Shown here: piece by piece, positions 1-13,300 of the stretch | Numbering within the stretch: the first letter of the stretch is position 1 | Layout: every line of letters begins with the position of its first letter | Source: the human T2T-CHM13v2.0 reference genome, Homo sapiens | Strand: one strand, 5' to 3' | DNA: 64,000 nt | Assembly (NCBI RefSeq): GCF_009914755.1 | Contig: NC_060933.1 | Notes under the pieces: model-generated | Told to the model about the DNA's origin: nothing | Database searches by the model: none | The model's input: the letters and a program-made list of their open reading frames with translations, nothing else | Position numbers and translations under genes: made by a program

Positions 1-59
1 AATGGAATGGAATCAACGCGAGTGCAGGGGAATGGAATGGAATGGAATGCAATGGAATG

Positions 60-72
60 GAATCTTCCGGAA
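60..72. promoter_or_regulatory. Perfect three-unit heat-shock element motif GAAtcTTCcgGAA (first of ~43 copies)
   Basis: Exact match to the HSF1 consensus nGAAnnTTCnnGAAn. Other copies at 1,656, 2,504, 3,098, 4,635, 4,690, 5,533, 7,451, 8,430, 10,298, 12,349 ... 53,704, and inverted at 55,942, 56,805, 59,033, 59,293, 62,140, 62,953 and 63,438. Motif match only; binding not shown. Confidence 0.6.
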
Positions 73-99
73 TGGAATGGAATGGAATGGAATGGAATG

Positions 100-460
100 G
101 AATAAACCCGAGTGCAATGGAATGGATTGGAATGGAATGGAATGGAATGGAACAACCCGAATGGAATGGAATGTAATGGAGACTAAGGGAGATGAATAGT
201 ATCAATCCGAATGTAATCGAATGGAAAGGAACGGAATGGAATTGAATGGAATGGAATGGATTGCAATGGAATGGAATCAACCCGAGTGCAATGGAATGGA
301 GAGGAATGGAATGGAATGGAATGGAAACTACCCGAATGGAATGGAATGTAATGGAGTGTAAGGGAATTGAATAGAATCAATCCGAATGTAATGGAATGGA
401 ATGGAACGGAATGGAATAGAATGGAATGGAATGGAATGGAATGCAATGGAATGGAATCAA
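100..460 (+). repeat. Representative pair of ~175-bp paralogous modules (…GTAAGGGAGTTGAATAGAATCAATCCGAATGTAAT / …GTAAGGGAATTGAATAGAATCAATCCGAATGTAAT), recurring throughout both arms
   Basis: CAATCCGAAT at 203 and 378, and at 1,799 and 1,974 (175 bp apart). The first unit carries AACAACCCG and the second AAACTACCCG. Confidence 0.8.
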
Positions 461-3400
461 CCCGAGTGCAATCGAATGGAATCGAATGGAATGCAATGCA
501 ATGGAATGGATTCAACTTGAATGGAATGGAAAGAATGGAATCAACACGAGTGGAAGGGCATGGATTGGAATGCAATGGAATGGAATCAACCTGAGTACAG
601 GGGAATGGAATGGAATGGAATGAAATGGAATGGAATCATCCGTAATGGAATGGAAAGGAATGGAATGGAATGGAATGGAATGGAATGGAATGGAATGGAA
701 TGGAATCAACACGATTGCAATCGAATGGAATGGAATGAAATTAACCCGAATAGAATGGAATGGAATGGAATGGAACGGAACGGAATGGAATGGAATGGAA
801 TGGAATGGAACGGAGCGGAACGGAACGGAATTTAATGGAATGGAACGGAATGGAATCAACGCGAGTGCAGGGGAATGGAATGGAATGGAATGCAATGGAA
901 TGGAATCATCCGGAATGGAATGGAATGGAATGGAATGCAAAGCAATGGAATCAACTCGATTGCAATGGAATGGAATGGACTGGAAAGGAATACATTGGAA
1001 TCAACCCGAGTGGAATGGAATGGAAAGGACTGGAATGGAGTGGAATGGAATGGAATAGAATGGAATGGAATCAACTCGATTGGAATGGAATGGAACGGAA
1101 TGGAATGGAATGGAATTAACCCGAATAGAATGGAATGGAATGAAATGGAATGGAACGGAACGGAATGGAATGGAATCGAATGGAATGGAATGGAATGGAA
1201 TGGAATGGAATGGAATCAACCCGACTGCAGGGGAATGGAATGGAATGGAATGCAATGGAATGGATTCAACTTGAATGGAATGGAAAGAATGGAATCAACA
1301 CGAGTGGAATGGCATGGATTGGAATGGAATGGAATGGAATCAACCCGAGTACAGGGGAATGGAATGGAATGGAATGCAATGGAATGGAATCATCCGTAAT
1401 GGAATGGAAAGGAATGGAATGGAATGGAATGGAATGGAATCGAATGGAATGGAATCAACTCGATTGCAATCGAATGGAATGGAATGTAATTAACCGAATA
1501 GAATGGAATGGAATGGAATGCAACGGAACGGAATGGAATGGAATGGAATGGAATGGAATGGAACGGAAAGGAAGGGAATGGAATGGAATAGAATGGAATG
1601 GAATGGAATCAACGCGAGTGCAGGGGAATGGAATGGAATGGAATGCAATGGAATGGAATCTTCCGGAATGGAATGGAATGGAATGGAATGGAATGGAATA
1701 AACCCGAGTGCAATGGAATGGAGTGGAATGGAATGGAATGGAATGGAACAACCCGAATGGAATGGAATGTAATGGAGAGTAAGGGAGTTGAATAAAATCA
1801 ATCCGAATATAATGGAATGGAATGGAAGGGAATGGAATTGAATGGAATGGAATGGAATGCAATGGAATGGAATCAACCCGAGTGCAATGGAATGGAGAGG
1901 AATGGAATGGAATGGAATGGAAACTACCCGAATGGAATGGAATGTAATGGAGTGTAAGGGAATTGAATAGAATCAATCCGAATGTAATGGAATGGAATGG
2001 AACGGAATGGAATGGAATGGAATGCAATGGAATGGAATGGAATGCAATGGAATGGAATCAACCCGAGTGCAATCGAATGGAATCGAATGGAATGCAATGG
2101 AATGTATTCAACTTGAATGGAATGGAAAGAATGGAATCAACACGAGTGGAATGGCATGGATTGGAATGCAATGGAATGGAATCAACCCGAGTACAGTGGA
2201 ATGGAATGGAATGGAATGCAATGGAATGCAACCATCCGTAATGGTATGGAAAGGAATGGAATGGTATGGAATGGAATGGAATGGAATGGATTGGAATCAA
2301 CACGATTGCAATAGAATGGAATGGAATGGAATTAACCCAAATAGAATGGAATGGAATGGAATGGAACGGAACGGAATGGAATGGAATGGAATGGAATGGA
2401 ATGGAACGGAACGGAATGGAATGGAATGGAATGGAATGGAATGGAATGGAATGGAATCAACGCGAGTGCAGGGGAATGGAATGTAATGGAATGCAATTTA
2501 ATGGAATCTTCCGGAATGGAATGGAATGGAATGGAATGGAATCAACCCGAGTGCAATGGAATTGAGTGGAATGGAATGGAATGGAATGGAACAACCCGAA
2601 TGGAATGGAATGTAATGGAGAGTAAGGGAGTTGAATAGAGTCAATCCGAATGTAATGGAATGGAATGGAAAGGAATGGAATTGAATGGAATGGAATGGAA
2701 TGCAATGGAATGGAATCAACCCGAGTGCAATGGAATGGAGAGGAATGGAATGGAATGGAGTGGAAACTACCCGAATGGAATGGAATGTAATGGAGTGTAA
2801 AGGAATTGAATAGAATCAATCCGAATATAATGGAAAGGAATGGAACGGAATGGAATGGAATGGAATGGAATGGAATGGAATGGAATGGAATCAACTCGAT
2901 TGCAATCGAATGGAATGGAATGGAATTAACCCGAATAGAATGGAATGGAATGGAATGGAACGGAACGGAACGGAACGGAATGGAATGGAATGGAATGGAA
3001 CGGAAAGGAATGGAATGGAATGGAATGGAATGGAATGGAATGGAATGGAATCAACGCGAGTGCAGGGGAATGGAATGGAATGGAATGCAATGGAATGGAA
3101 TCTTCCGGAATGGAATGGAATGGAATGGAATGGAATGGAATAAACCCGAGTACAATGGAATGGAGTGGAATGGAATGGAATGGAATGGAACAACCCGAAT
3201 GGAATGGAATGTAATGGAGACTAAGGGAGATGAATAGTATCAATCCGAATGTAATCGAATGGAATGGAACGGAATGGAATTGAATGGAATGGAATGGATT
3301 GCAATGGAATGGAATCAACCCGAGTGCAATGGAATGGAGAGGAATGGAATGGATTGGAATGGAAACTACCCGAATGGAATGGAATGTAATGGAGTGTAAG

Positions 3401-6099
3401 GGAATTGAATAGAATCAATCCGAATGTAATGGAATGGAATGGAACGGAATGGAATAGAATGGAATGGAATGGAATGGAATGCAATGGAATGGAATCAACC
3501 CGAGTGCAATCGAATGGAATCGAATGGAATGGAATGCAATGGAATGGATTCAACTTGAATGGAATGGAAAGAATGGAATCAACACGAGTGGAACTGCATG
3601 GATTGCAATGCAATGGAATGGAATCAACCCGAGTACAGGGGAATGGAATGGAATGGAATGCAATGGAATGGAATCATCCGTAATGGAATGGAAAGGAATG
3701 GAATGGAATGGAATGGAATGGAATGGAATGGAATGGAATCAACACGATTGCAATCGAATGGAATGGAATGAAATTAACCCGAATAGAATGGAATGGAATG
3801 GAATGGAACGGAACGGAATGGAATGGAATGGAATGGAATGGAACGGAGCGGAACGGAACGGAATTTAATGGAATGGAACGGAATGGAATCAACGCGAGTG
3901 CAGGGGAATGGAATGGAATGGAATGCAATGGAATGGAATCATCCGGAATGGAATGGAATGGAATGGAATGCAAAGCAATGGAATCAACTCGATTGCAATG
4001 GAATGGAATGGACTGGAAAGGAATACATTGGAATCAACCCGAGTGGAATGGAATGGAAAGGACTGGAATGGAGTGGAATGGAATGGAATGGAATGGAATG
4101 GAATCAACTCGATTGGAATGGAATGGAACGGAATGGAATGGAATGGAATTAACCCGAATAGAATGGAATGGAATGAAATGGAATGGAACGGAACGGAATG
4201 GAATGGAATCGAATGGAATGGAATGGAATGGAATCAACCCGACTGCAGGGGAATGGAATGGAATGGAATGCAATGGAATGGATTCAACTTGAATGGAATG
4301 GAAAGAATGGAATCAACACGAGTGGAATGGCATGGATTGGAATGGAATGGAATGGAATCAACCCGAGTACAGGGGAATGGAATGGAATGGAATGCAATGG
4401 AATGGAATCATCCGTAATGGAATGGAAAGGAATGGAATGCAATGGAATGGAATGGAATGGAATGGAATGGAATCAACTCGAATGCAGTTGAATGGAATGG
4501 AATGGAATTAACCCGAATAGAATGGAATGGAATGGAATGGAACGGAACGGAACGGAACGGAATGGCATGGAATGGAATGGAATGGAATGGAATGGAACGG
4601 AAAGGAATGGAATGGAATGGAATGCAATGGAATGGAATCTTCTGGAATGGAATGGAATGGAATGGAATGGAATGGAATGCAATGGAATGGAATCTTCTGG
4701 AATGGAATGGAATGGAATGGAATGGAATGGAATGGAATGGAATAAACCCGAGTGCAATGGAATGGAGTGGAATGGAATGGAATGGAATGGAACAACCCGA
4801 ATGGAATGGAATGTAATGGAGAGTAAGGGAGTTGAATAAAATCAATCCGAATATAATGGAATGGAATGGAAGGGAATGGAATTGAATGGAATGGAATGGA
4901 ATGCAATGGAATGGAATCAACCCGAGTGCAATGGAATGGAGAGGAATGGAATGGAATGGAATGGAAACTACCCGAATGGAATGGAATGTAATGGAGTGTA
5001 AGGGAATTGAATAGAATCAATCCGAATGTAATGGAATGGAATGGAACGGAATGGAATGGAATGGAATGCAATGGAATGGAATGCAATGCAATGGAATGGA
5101 ATCAACCCGAGTGCAATCGAATGGAATCGAATGGAATGCAATGGAATGTATTCAACTTGAATGGAATGGAAAGAATGGAATCAACACGAGTGGAATGGCA
5201 TGGATTGGAATGCAATGGAATGGAATCAACCCGAGTACAGTGGAATGGAATGGAATGGAATGCAATGGAATGGAACCATCCGTAATGGAATGGAAAGGAA
5301 TGGAATGGTATGGAATGGAATGGAATGGAATGGATTGGAATCAACACGATTGCAATAGAATGGAATGGAATGGAATTAACCCAAATAGAATGGAATGGAA
5401 TGGAATGGAACGGAACGGAATGGAATGGAATGGAATGGAACGGAACGGAATGGAATGGAATGGAATGGAATGGAATGGAATGGAATCAACGCGAGTGCAG
5501 GGGAATGGAATGTAATGGAATGCAATGGAATGGAATCTTCCGGAATGGAATGGAATGGAATGGAATGGAATCAACCCGAGTGCAATGGAATTGAGTGGAA
5601 TGGAATGGAATGGAATGGAACAACCCGAATGGAATGGAATGTAATGGAGAGTAAGGGAGTTGAATAGAGTCAATCCGAATGTAATGGAATGGAATGGAAA
5701 GGAATGGAATTGAATGGAATGGAATGGAATGCAATGGAATAGAATCAACCCGAGTGCAATGGAATGGAGAGGAATGGAATGGAATGGAGTGGAAACTACC
5801 CGAATGGAATGGAATGTAATGGAGTGTAAAGGAATTGAATAGAATCAATCCGAATATAATGGAAAGGAATGGAACGGAATGGAATGGAATGGAATGGAAT
5901 GGAATGGAATGGAATGGAATGCAATGGAAAGGAATCAACCCGAGTGCAATCGAATGGAATCGAATGGAATGGAATGCAATGGAATGGAATCAACTCGATT
6001 GCAATCGAATGGAATGGAATGGAATTAACCCGAATAGAATGGAATGGAATGGAATGGAAAGGAACGGAATGGAATGGAATGGAATGGAATGGAATGGAA

Positions 6100-9000
6100 T
6101 GGAATGGAATGGAATGCAATGGATTCAACTCGATTGCAATGGAATGGAATAGAATGGAATGGAATGGAATGGAATGGAATTAACCCGAATGCAATGGAAT
6201 GGAATGCAATGGAACGGAATGGAATGGAATGGAATTGAATGGAATGCAATGGAATGGTATGGAATGGAATGGAATGGTACGGAATAGAATGGAATGTAAC
6301 GAATTGTAATGGAATGGAATTGAATGGAATGGAATGGAATCAACGCGAGTGCAGGGGAATGTAATGGAACGGAATGCAATGGAATGGAATCATCCGGAAT
6401 GGAATGGAATGGAATGGAATGGAATAGAATGGAATCAACCCGAGTGCAATGGAATGGAGTGGAATGGAATGGAATGGAATGGAACAACCCGAATGGAATG
6501 GAATGTAATGGACAGTAAGGGAGTTGAATAGAATCAATCCGAATGTAATGGAATGGAATGCAACGGAATGGAATGGAATGGAATGCAATGGAATGCAATC
6601 AACCCGAGTACAATGGAATGGAATGGAATGGAATGGAATGGAATGGAATGGAATGGAATGGAATGCCTTCAAACCGAATGGAATGGAAAGGAATGGAATC
6701 AACGCGAGTGGAATGGAATGGAATGGAATGGAATGGAATGGAATGGAATGGAATGATACGGAATAGAATGGAATAGAACGAAATGGAATGGAATGGAATG
6801 GAATGGAATGGAATGGAATGGAATGGAATGGAATCGTTCCGAGTGGAATAGGAGGGAATGTATTCGAGTGGAATGGAAAGGAATGGAATCAACCAGAGTG
6901 GAATGGAAGGGAATGGAATGGAATGGAAACTAATAGAATGGAATCAACCCGAGTGGAATGGAATGGAAAGGACTGGAATGGAATGGAATGGAATGGAATG
7001 GAATGGAATGGAATCAACTCGATTGGAATGGAATGGAATGGAATGGAATGGAATGGAATTAACCCGAATACCATGGAATGGAATGGAATGGAACGGAATG
7101 GAGTGGAATGGAATGGAATCAACCCGAGTGCAGGGGAATGGAATGGAATGGAATGCAATGGAATGGAATCATCCAGAATGGAATGGAATGGAATGGAATG
7201 CAATGGAATGGAATGGAATGGAATCAACTCGAATGCAGTTGAATGGAATGGAATGGAATTAACCCGAATAGAATGGAATGGAATGGAATGGAACGGAACG
7301 GAACGGAACGGAACGGCATGGAATGGAATGGAATAGAATGGAATGGAACGGAAAGGAATGGAATGGAATGGAATGGAATGGAATGGAATGGAATGGAATG
7401 GAATGAACGTGAGTGCAGAGGAATGGAATGGAATGGAATGCAATGGAATGGAATCTTCTGGAATGGAATGGAATGGAATGGAATGGAATGGAATGGAATG
7501 GAATCAACTCGATTGGAATGGAATGGAATGGAATGGAATGGAATGGAATGGAATGGAATGGAATTAACCCGAATACCATGGAATGGAATGGAATGGAACG
7601 GAATGGAGTGGAATGGAATGGAATCAACCCGAGTGCAGGGGAATGGAATGGAATGGAATGCAATGGAATGGAATCATCCGGAATGGAATGGAATGGAATG
7701 GAATGCAAAGCAATGGAATCAACTCGATTGCAATGGAATGGAATGGAATGGAAAGGAATACATTGGAAACAACCCGATTGGAATGCAATGGAAAGGACTG
7801 GAATGGAGTGGAATAGAATGGAATGGAATGGAATGGAATGGAATGGAAAGGAATCAACTCGATTGGAATGGAATGGAATGGAATGGAATGGAATGGAATG
7901 GAATTAACCCGAATAGAATGGAATGGAATGGAATGGAACGGAACGGAACGGAACGGAACGGAATGGAATGGAATGGAATGGAATGGAATGGAATCAACCC
8001 GACTGCAGGGGAATGGTATGGAATGGAATGCAATGGAATGGATTCAACTTGAATGGAATGGAAAGAATGGAATCAACACGATGGGAATGGCATGGATTGG
8101 AATGGAATGGAATGGAATGAACCCGAGTACAGGGGAATGGAATGGAATGGAATGCAATGGAATGGAATCATCCGTAATGGAATGGAAAGGAATGGAATGG
8201 AATGGAATGGAATGGAATCAACTCGATTGCAATCGAATGGAATGGAATGGAATTAACCCGAATAGAAAGGAATGGAATGGAATGGAACGGAACGGAACGG
8301 AATGGAATGGAATGGAATGGAATGGAACGGAAAGGAATGGAATGGAATGGAATGGAATGGAATGGAATGGAATGGAATGGAATCAACGCGAGTGCAGGGG
8401 AATGGAATGGAATGGAATGCAATGGAATGGAATCTTCCGGAATGGAATGGAATGGAATGGAATGGAATGGAATGGAATGCAATGGATTCAACTCGATTGC
8501 AATGGAATGGAATAGAATGCAATGGAATGGAATGGAATGGAATTAACCCGAATACAATGGAATGGAATGCAATGGAACGGAATGGAATGGAATGGAATTG
8601 AATGCAATGCAATGGAATGGTATGGAATGGAATGGAATGGTACGGAATAGAATGGAATGTAACGAATTGTAATGGAATGGAATTGAATGGAATGGAATGG
8701 AATCAACGCGAGTGCAGCGGAATGTAATGGAACGGAATGCAATGGAATGGAATCATCCGGAATGGAATGGAATGGAATGGAATGGAATAGAATGGAATCA
8801 ACCCGAGTGCAATGGAATGGAGTGGAATGGAATGGAATGGAATGGAACAACCCGAATGGAATGGAATGTAATGGACAGTAAGGGAGTTGAATAGAATCAA
8901 TCCGAATGTAATGGAATGGAATGCAACGGAATGGAATGGAATGGAATGCAATGGAATGCAATCAACCCGAGTACAATGGAATGGAATGGAATGGAATGGA

Positions 9001-10330
9001 ATGGAATGGAATGGAATGGAATGCCTTCAAACCGAATGGAATGGAAAGGAATGGAATCAACACGAGTGGAATGGAATGGAATGGAATGGAATGGAATGGA
9101 ATGGAATGGAATGATACGGAATAGAATGGAATGGAACGAAATGGAATGGAATGGAATGGAATGGAATGGAATGGAATGGAATGGAATCGTTCCGAATGGA
9201 ATAGGAGGGAATGTATTCGAGTGGAATGGAAAGGAATGGAATCAACCAGAGTGGAATAGAAGGGAATGGAATGGAATGGAAACTAATAGAATGGAATCAA
9301 CCCGAGTGGAATGGAATGGAAAGGACTGGAATGGAATGGAATGGAATGGAATGGAACGGAATGGAATCAACTCGATTGGAATGGAATGGAATGGAATGGA
9401 ATGGAATGGAATGGAATTAACCCGAATACCATGGAATGGAATGGAATGGAACGGAATGGAGTGGAATGGAATGGAATCAACCCGAGTGCAGGGGAATGGA
9501 ATGGAATGGAATGCAATGGAATGGAATCATCCGGAATGGAATGGAATGGAATGGAATGCAAAGCAATGGAATCAACTCGATTGCAATGGAATGGAATGGA
9601 ATGGAATGGAATACATTGGAATCAACCCGATTGGAATGCAATGGAAAGGACTGGAATGGAGTGGAATAGAATGGAATGGAATGGAATGGAATGGAATGGA
9701 AAGGAATCAACTCGATTGGAATGGAATGGAATGGAATGGAATGGAATGGAATGGAATTAACCCGAATAGAATGGAATGGAATGGAATGGAACGGAACGGA
9801 ACGGAACGGAATGGAAAGGAATGGAATGGAATGGAATGGAATGGAATCAACCCGACTGCAGGGGAATGGTATGGAATGGAATGCAATGGAATGGATTCAA
9901 CTTGAATGGAATGGAAAGAATGGAATCAACACGATGGGAATGGCATGGATTGGAATGGAATGGAATGGAATGAACCCGAGTACAGGGGAATGGAATGGAA
10001 TGGAATGCAATGGAATGGAATCATCCGTAATGGAATGGAAAGGAATGGAATGGAATGGAATGGAATGGAATGGAATGGAATGGAATCAACTCGATTGCAA
10101 TCGAATGGAATGGAATGGAATTAACCCGAATAGAAAGGAATGGAATGGAATGGAACGGAACGGAACGGAATGGAATGGAATGGAATGGAATGGAACGGAA
10201 AGGAATGGAATGGAATGGAATGGAATGGAATGGAATGGAATGGAATGGAATCAACGCGAGTGCAGGGGAATGGAATGGAATGGAATGCAATGGAATGGAA
10301 TCTTCCGGAATGGAATGGAATGGAATGGAA
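6100..10330 (+). repeat. Sub-repeat inside the 7-kb unit: ~2.36-kb unit followed by a ~1.86-kb copy lacking ~0.5 kb
   Basis: Offset 2,363 (6,121/8,484; ORFs 6324/8687), then 1,853 (ORFs 7583/9436, 8053/9906). Shared markers are GGACAGTAAG, GCCTTCAAACC, TACCATGG and CACGATGGG. Confidence 0.8.
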
Positions 10331-13300
10331 TGGAATGGAATGGAATAATCCCGAATGCAATGGAATGGAGTGGAATGGAATGGAATGGAATGGAACAGCC
10401 CGAATGGAATGGAATGTAATAGAGAGTAAGGGAGTTGAATAGAATCAATCCGAATGTAATGGAATGGAATGGAACGGAATGGAATTGAATGGAATGGAAT
10501 GGAATGCAATGGAATGGAATCAACCCGAGTGCAATGGAATGGAGAGGAATGGAATGGAATGGAATGGAAACTACCCGAATGGAATGGAATGTAATGGAGA
10601 GTAAGGGAATTGAATAGAATCAATCCGAATGTAATGGAATGGAATGGAACGGAATGGAATGGAATGGAATGGAATGGAATGGAATGGAATGGAATGCAAT
10701 GGAATGGATTCAACTTGAATGGAATGGAAAGAATGGAATCAACACGAGTGGAAGGGCATGGATTGGAATGCAATGGAATAGAATCAACCCGAGTACAGGG
10801 GAATGGAATGGAATGGAATGCAATGGAATGGAATCATCCGTAATGGAATGGAAAGGAATGGAATGGAATGGAATGGAATTAACTCGAATAGAATGGAATG
10901 GAATGGAATGGAATGGAATGGTATGGAATGGAATGGAATGGTACGGAATAGAATGGAATGGAACGAATTGTAATGGAATGGAATTGAATGGAATGGAATG
11001 GAATGGAATGGAATCAACGCGAGTGCAAGGGAATGTAATGGAACGGAATGCAATGGAATGGAATCACCCGGAATGGAATGGAATGGAATGGAATGGAATC
11101 AACCCGAGTGCAATGGAATGGAGTGGAATGGAATGGAATGGAATGGAACAACCCGAATGGAATGGAATGTAATGGAGAGTAAGGGAGTTGAATAGAATCA
11201 ATCCGAATGTAATGGAATGGAATGCAACGGAATGGAATGGAAAGGAATGGAATGGAATGGAATGGAATGGAATGGAATGCAATGGAATGGAATCAACCCG
11301 AGTTCAATGGAATGGAAAGGAATGGAATGGAATGGAATGGAATGGAATGGAATGGAATGGAATGGAATGGAATGGAATGGAATGGAATCAACACGATTGC
11401 AATCGAATGGAATGGAATGAAATTAACCCGAATAGAATGGAATGGAATGGAATGGAACGGAACGGAATGGAATGGAATGGAATGGAATGGAACGGAGCGG
11501 AACGGAACGGAATTTAATGGAATGGAACGGAATGGAATCAACGCGAGTGCAGGGGAATGGAATGGAATGGAATGCAATGGAATGGAATCATCCGGAATGG
11601 AATGGAATGGAATGGAATGCAAAGCAATGGAATCAACGCGATTGCAATGGAATGGAATGGACTGGAAAGGAATACATTGGAATCAACCCGAGTGGAATGG
11701 AATGGAAAGGACTGGAATGGAGTGGAATGGAATGGAATGGAATGGAATGGAATCAACTCGATTGGAATGGAATGGAACGGAATGGAATGGAATGGAATTA
11801 ACCCGAATAGAATGGAATGGAATGAAATGGAATGGAACGGAACGGAATGGAAAGGAATCGAATGGAATGGAATGGAATGGAATGGAATGGAATCAACCCG
11901 ACTGCAGGGGAATGGAATGGAATGGAATGCAATGGAATGGATTCAACTTGAATGGAATGGAAAGAATGGAATCAACACGAGTGGAATGGCATGGATTGGA
12001 ATGGAATGGAATGGAATCAACCCGAGTACAGGGGAATGGAATGGAATGGAATGCAATGGAATGGAATCATCCGTAATGGAATGGAAAGGAATGGAATGAA
12101 ATGGAATGGAATGGAATGGAATGGAATGGAATGGAATCAACTCGATTGCAATCGAATGGAATGGAATGGAATTAACCCGAATAGAAAGGAATGGAATGGA
12201 ATTGAACGGAACGGAACGGAATGGAATGGAATGGAATGGAATGGAACGGAAAGGAACGGAATGGAATGGAATGGAATGGAATGGAATGGAATGGAATGGA
12301 ATCAACGCGAGTGCAGGGGAATGGAATGGAATGGAATGCAATGGAATGGAATCTTCCGGAATGGAATGGAATGGAATGGAATGGAATGGAATGGAATGGA
12401 ATAATCCCGAATGCAATGGAATGGAGTGGAATGGAATGGAATGGAATGGAACAGCCCGAATGGAATGGAATGTAATAGAGAGTAAGGGAGTTGAATAGAA
12501 TCAATCCGAATGTAATGGAATGGAATGGAACGGAATGGAATTGAATGGAATGGAATGGAATGCAATGGAATGGAATCAACCCGAGTGCAATGGAATGGAG
12601 AGGAATGGAATGGAATGGAATGGAAACTACCCGAATGGAATGGAATGTAATGGAGAGTAAGGGAATTGAATAGAATCAATCCGAATGTAATGGAATGGAA
12701 TGGAACGGAATGGAATGGAATGGAATGGAATGGAATGGAATGCAATGGAATGGAATCAACCCGAGTGCAATCGAATGGAATCGAATGGAATGGAATGCAA
12801 TGGAATGGATTCAACTTGAATGGAATGGAAAGAATGGAATCAACACGAGTGGAAGGGCATGGATTGGAATGCAATAGAATAGAATCAACCCGAGTACAGG
12901 GGAATGGAATGGAATGGAATGCAATGGAATGGAATCATCCGTAATGGAATGGAAAGGAATGGAATGGAATGGAATGAAATTAACTCGAATAGAATGGAAT
13001 GGAATGGAATGGAATGGAATGGTATGGAATGGAATGGAATGGTACGGAATAGAATGGAATGGAACGAATTGTAATGGAATGGAATTGAATGGAATGGAAT
13101 GGAATGGAATGGAATCAACGCGAGTGCAAAGGAATGTAATGGAACGGAATGCAATGGAATGGAATCATCCGGAATGGAATGGAATGGAATGGAATGGAAT
13201 TAACCCGAATACAATGGAATGGAATGCAATGGAACGGAATGGAATGGAATGGAATTGAATGGAATGCAATGGAATGGTATGGAATGGAATGGAATGGTAC

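Larger units (their letters stand above)
1..5920 (+). repeat. ~3.03-kb tandem duplication (copy 1 ~1-3,038, probably starting before the window; copy 2 ~3,039-5,920)
   Basis: Rare markers recur at offsets of 3,018-3,044: GAGACTAAGGGAGATG 179/3,217; GGAGCGG...AATTTAAT ~812/~3,845; GTATTCAACTTG ~2,104/~5,148; GAATAGAGTC ~2,633/~5,662. ORF-track pairs 183/3221, 1963/5007 and 2806/5835 agree. Confidence 0.88.

Noticed and set aside
510-522. STAT/GAS-like site in TTCAACTTGAA
   Set aside because: The spacing is TTC-N5-GAA, not the canonical N3 (or N4 for STAT6).
6835-6935. CGTTCCGAGTGGAATAGGAGGGAATGTATTCGAGT...AAACTAATAG as a possible inserted element or Shine-Dalgarno (AGGAGG) plus ATG
   Set aside because: It stays in 5-bp register, is a degenerate pentamer series, and recurs more than 15 times as an ordinary satellite module. 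There are no target-site duplications or prokaryotic context.
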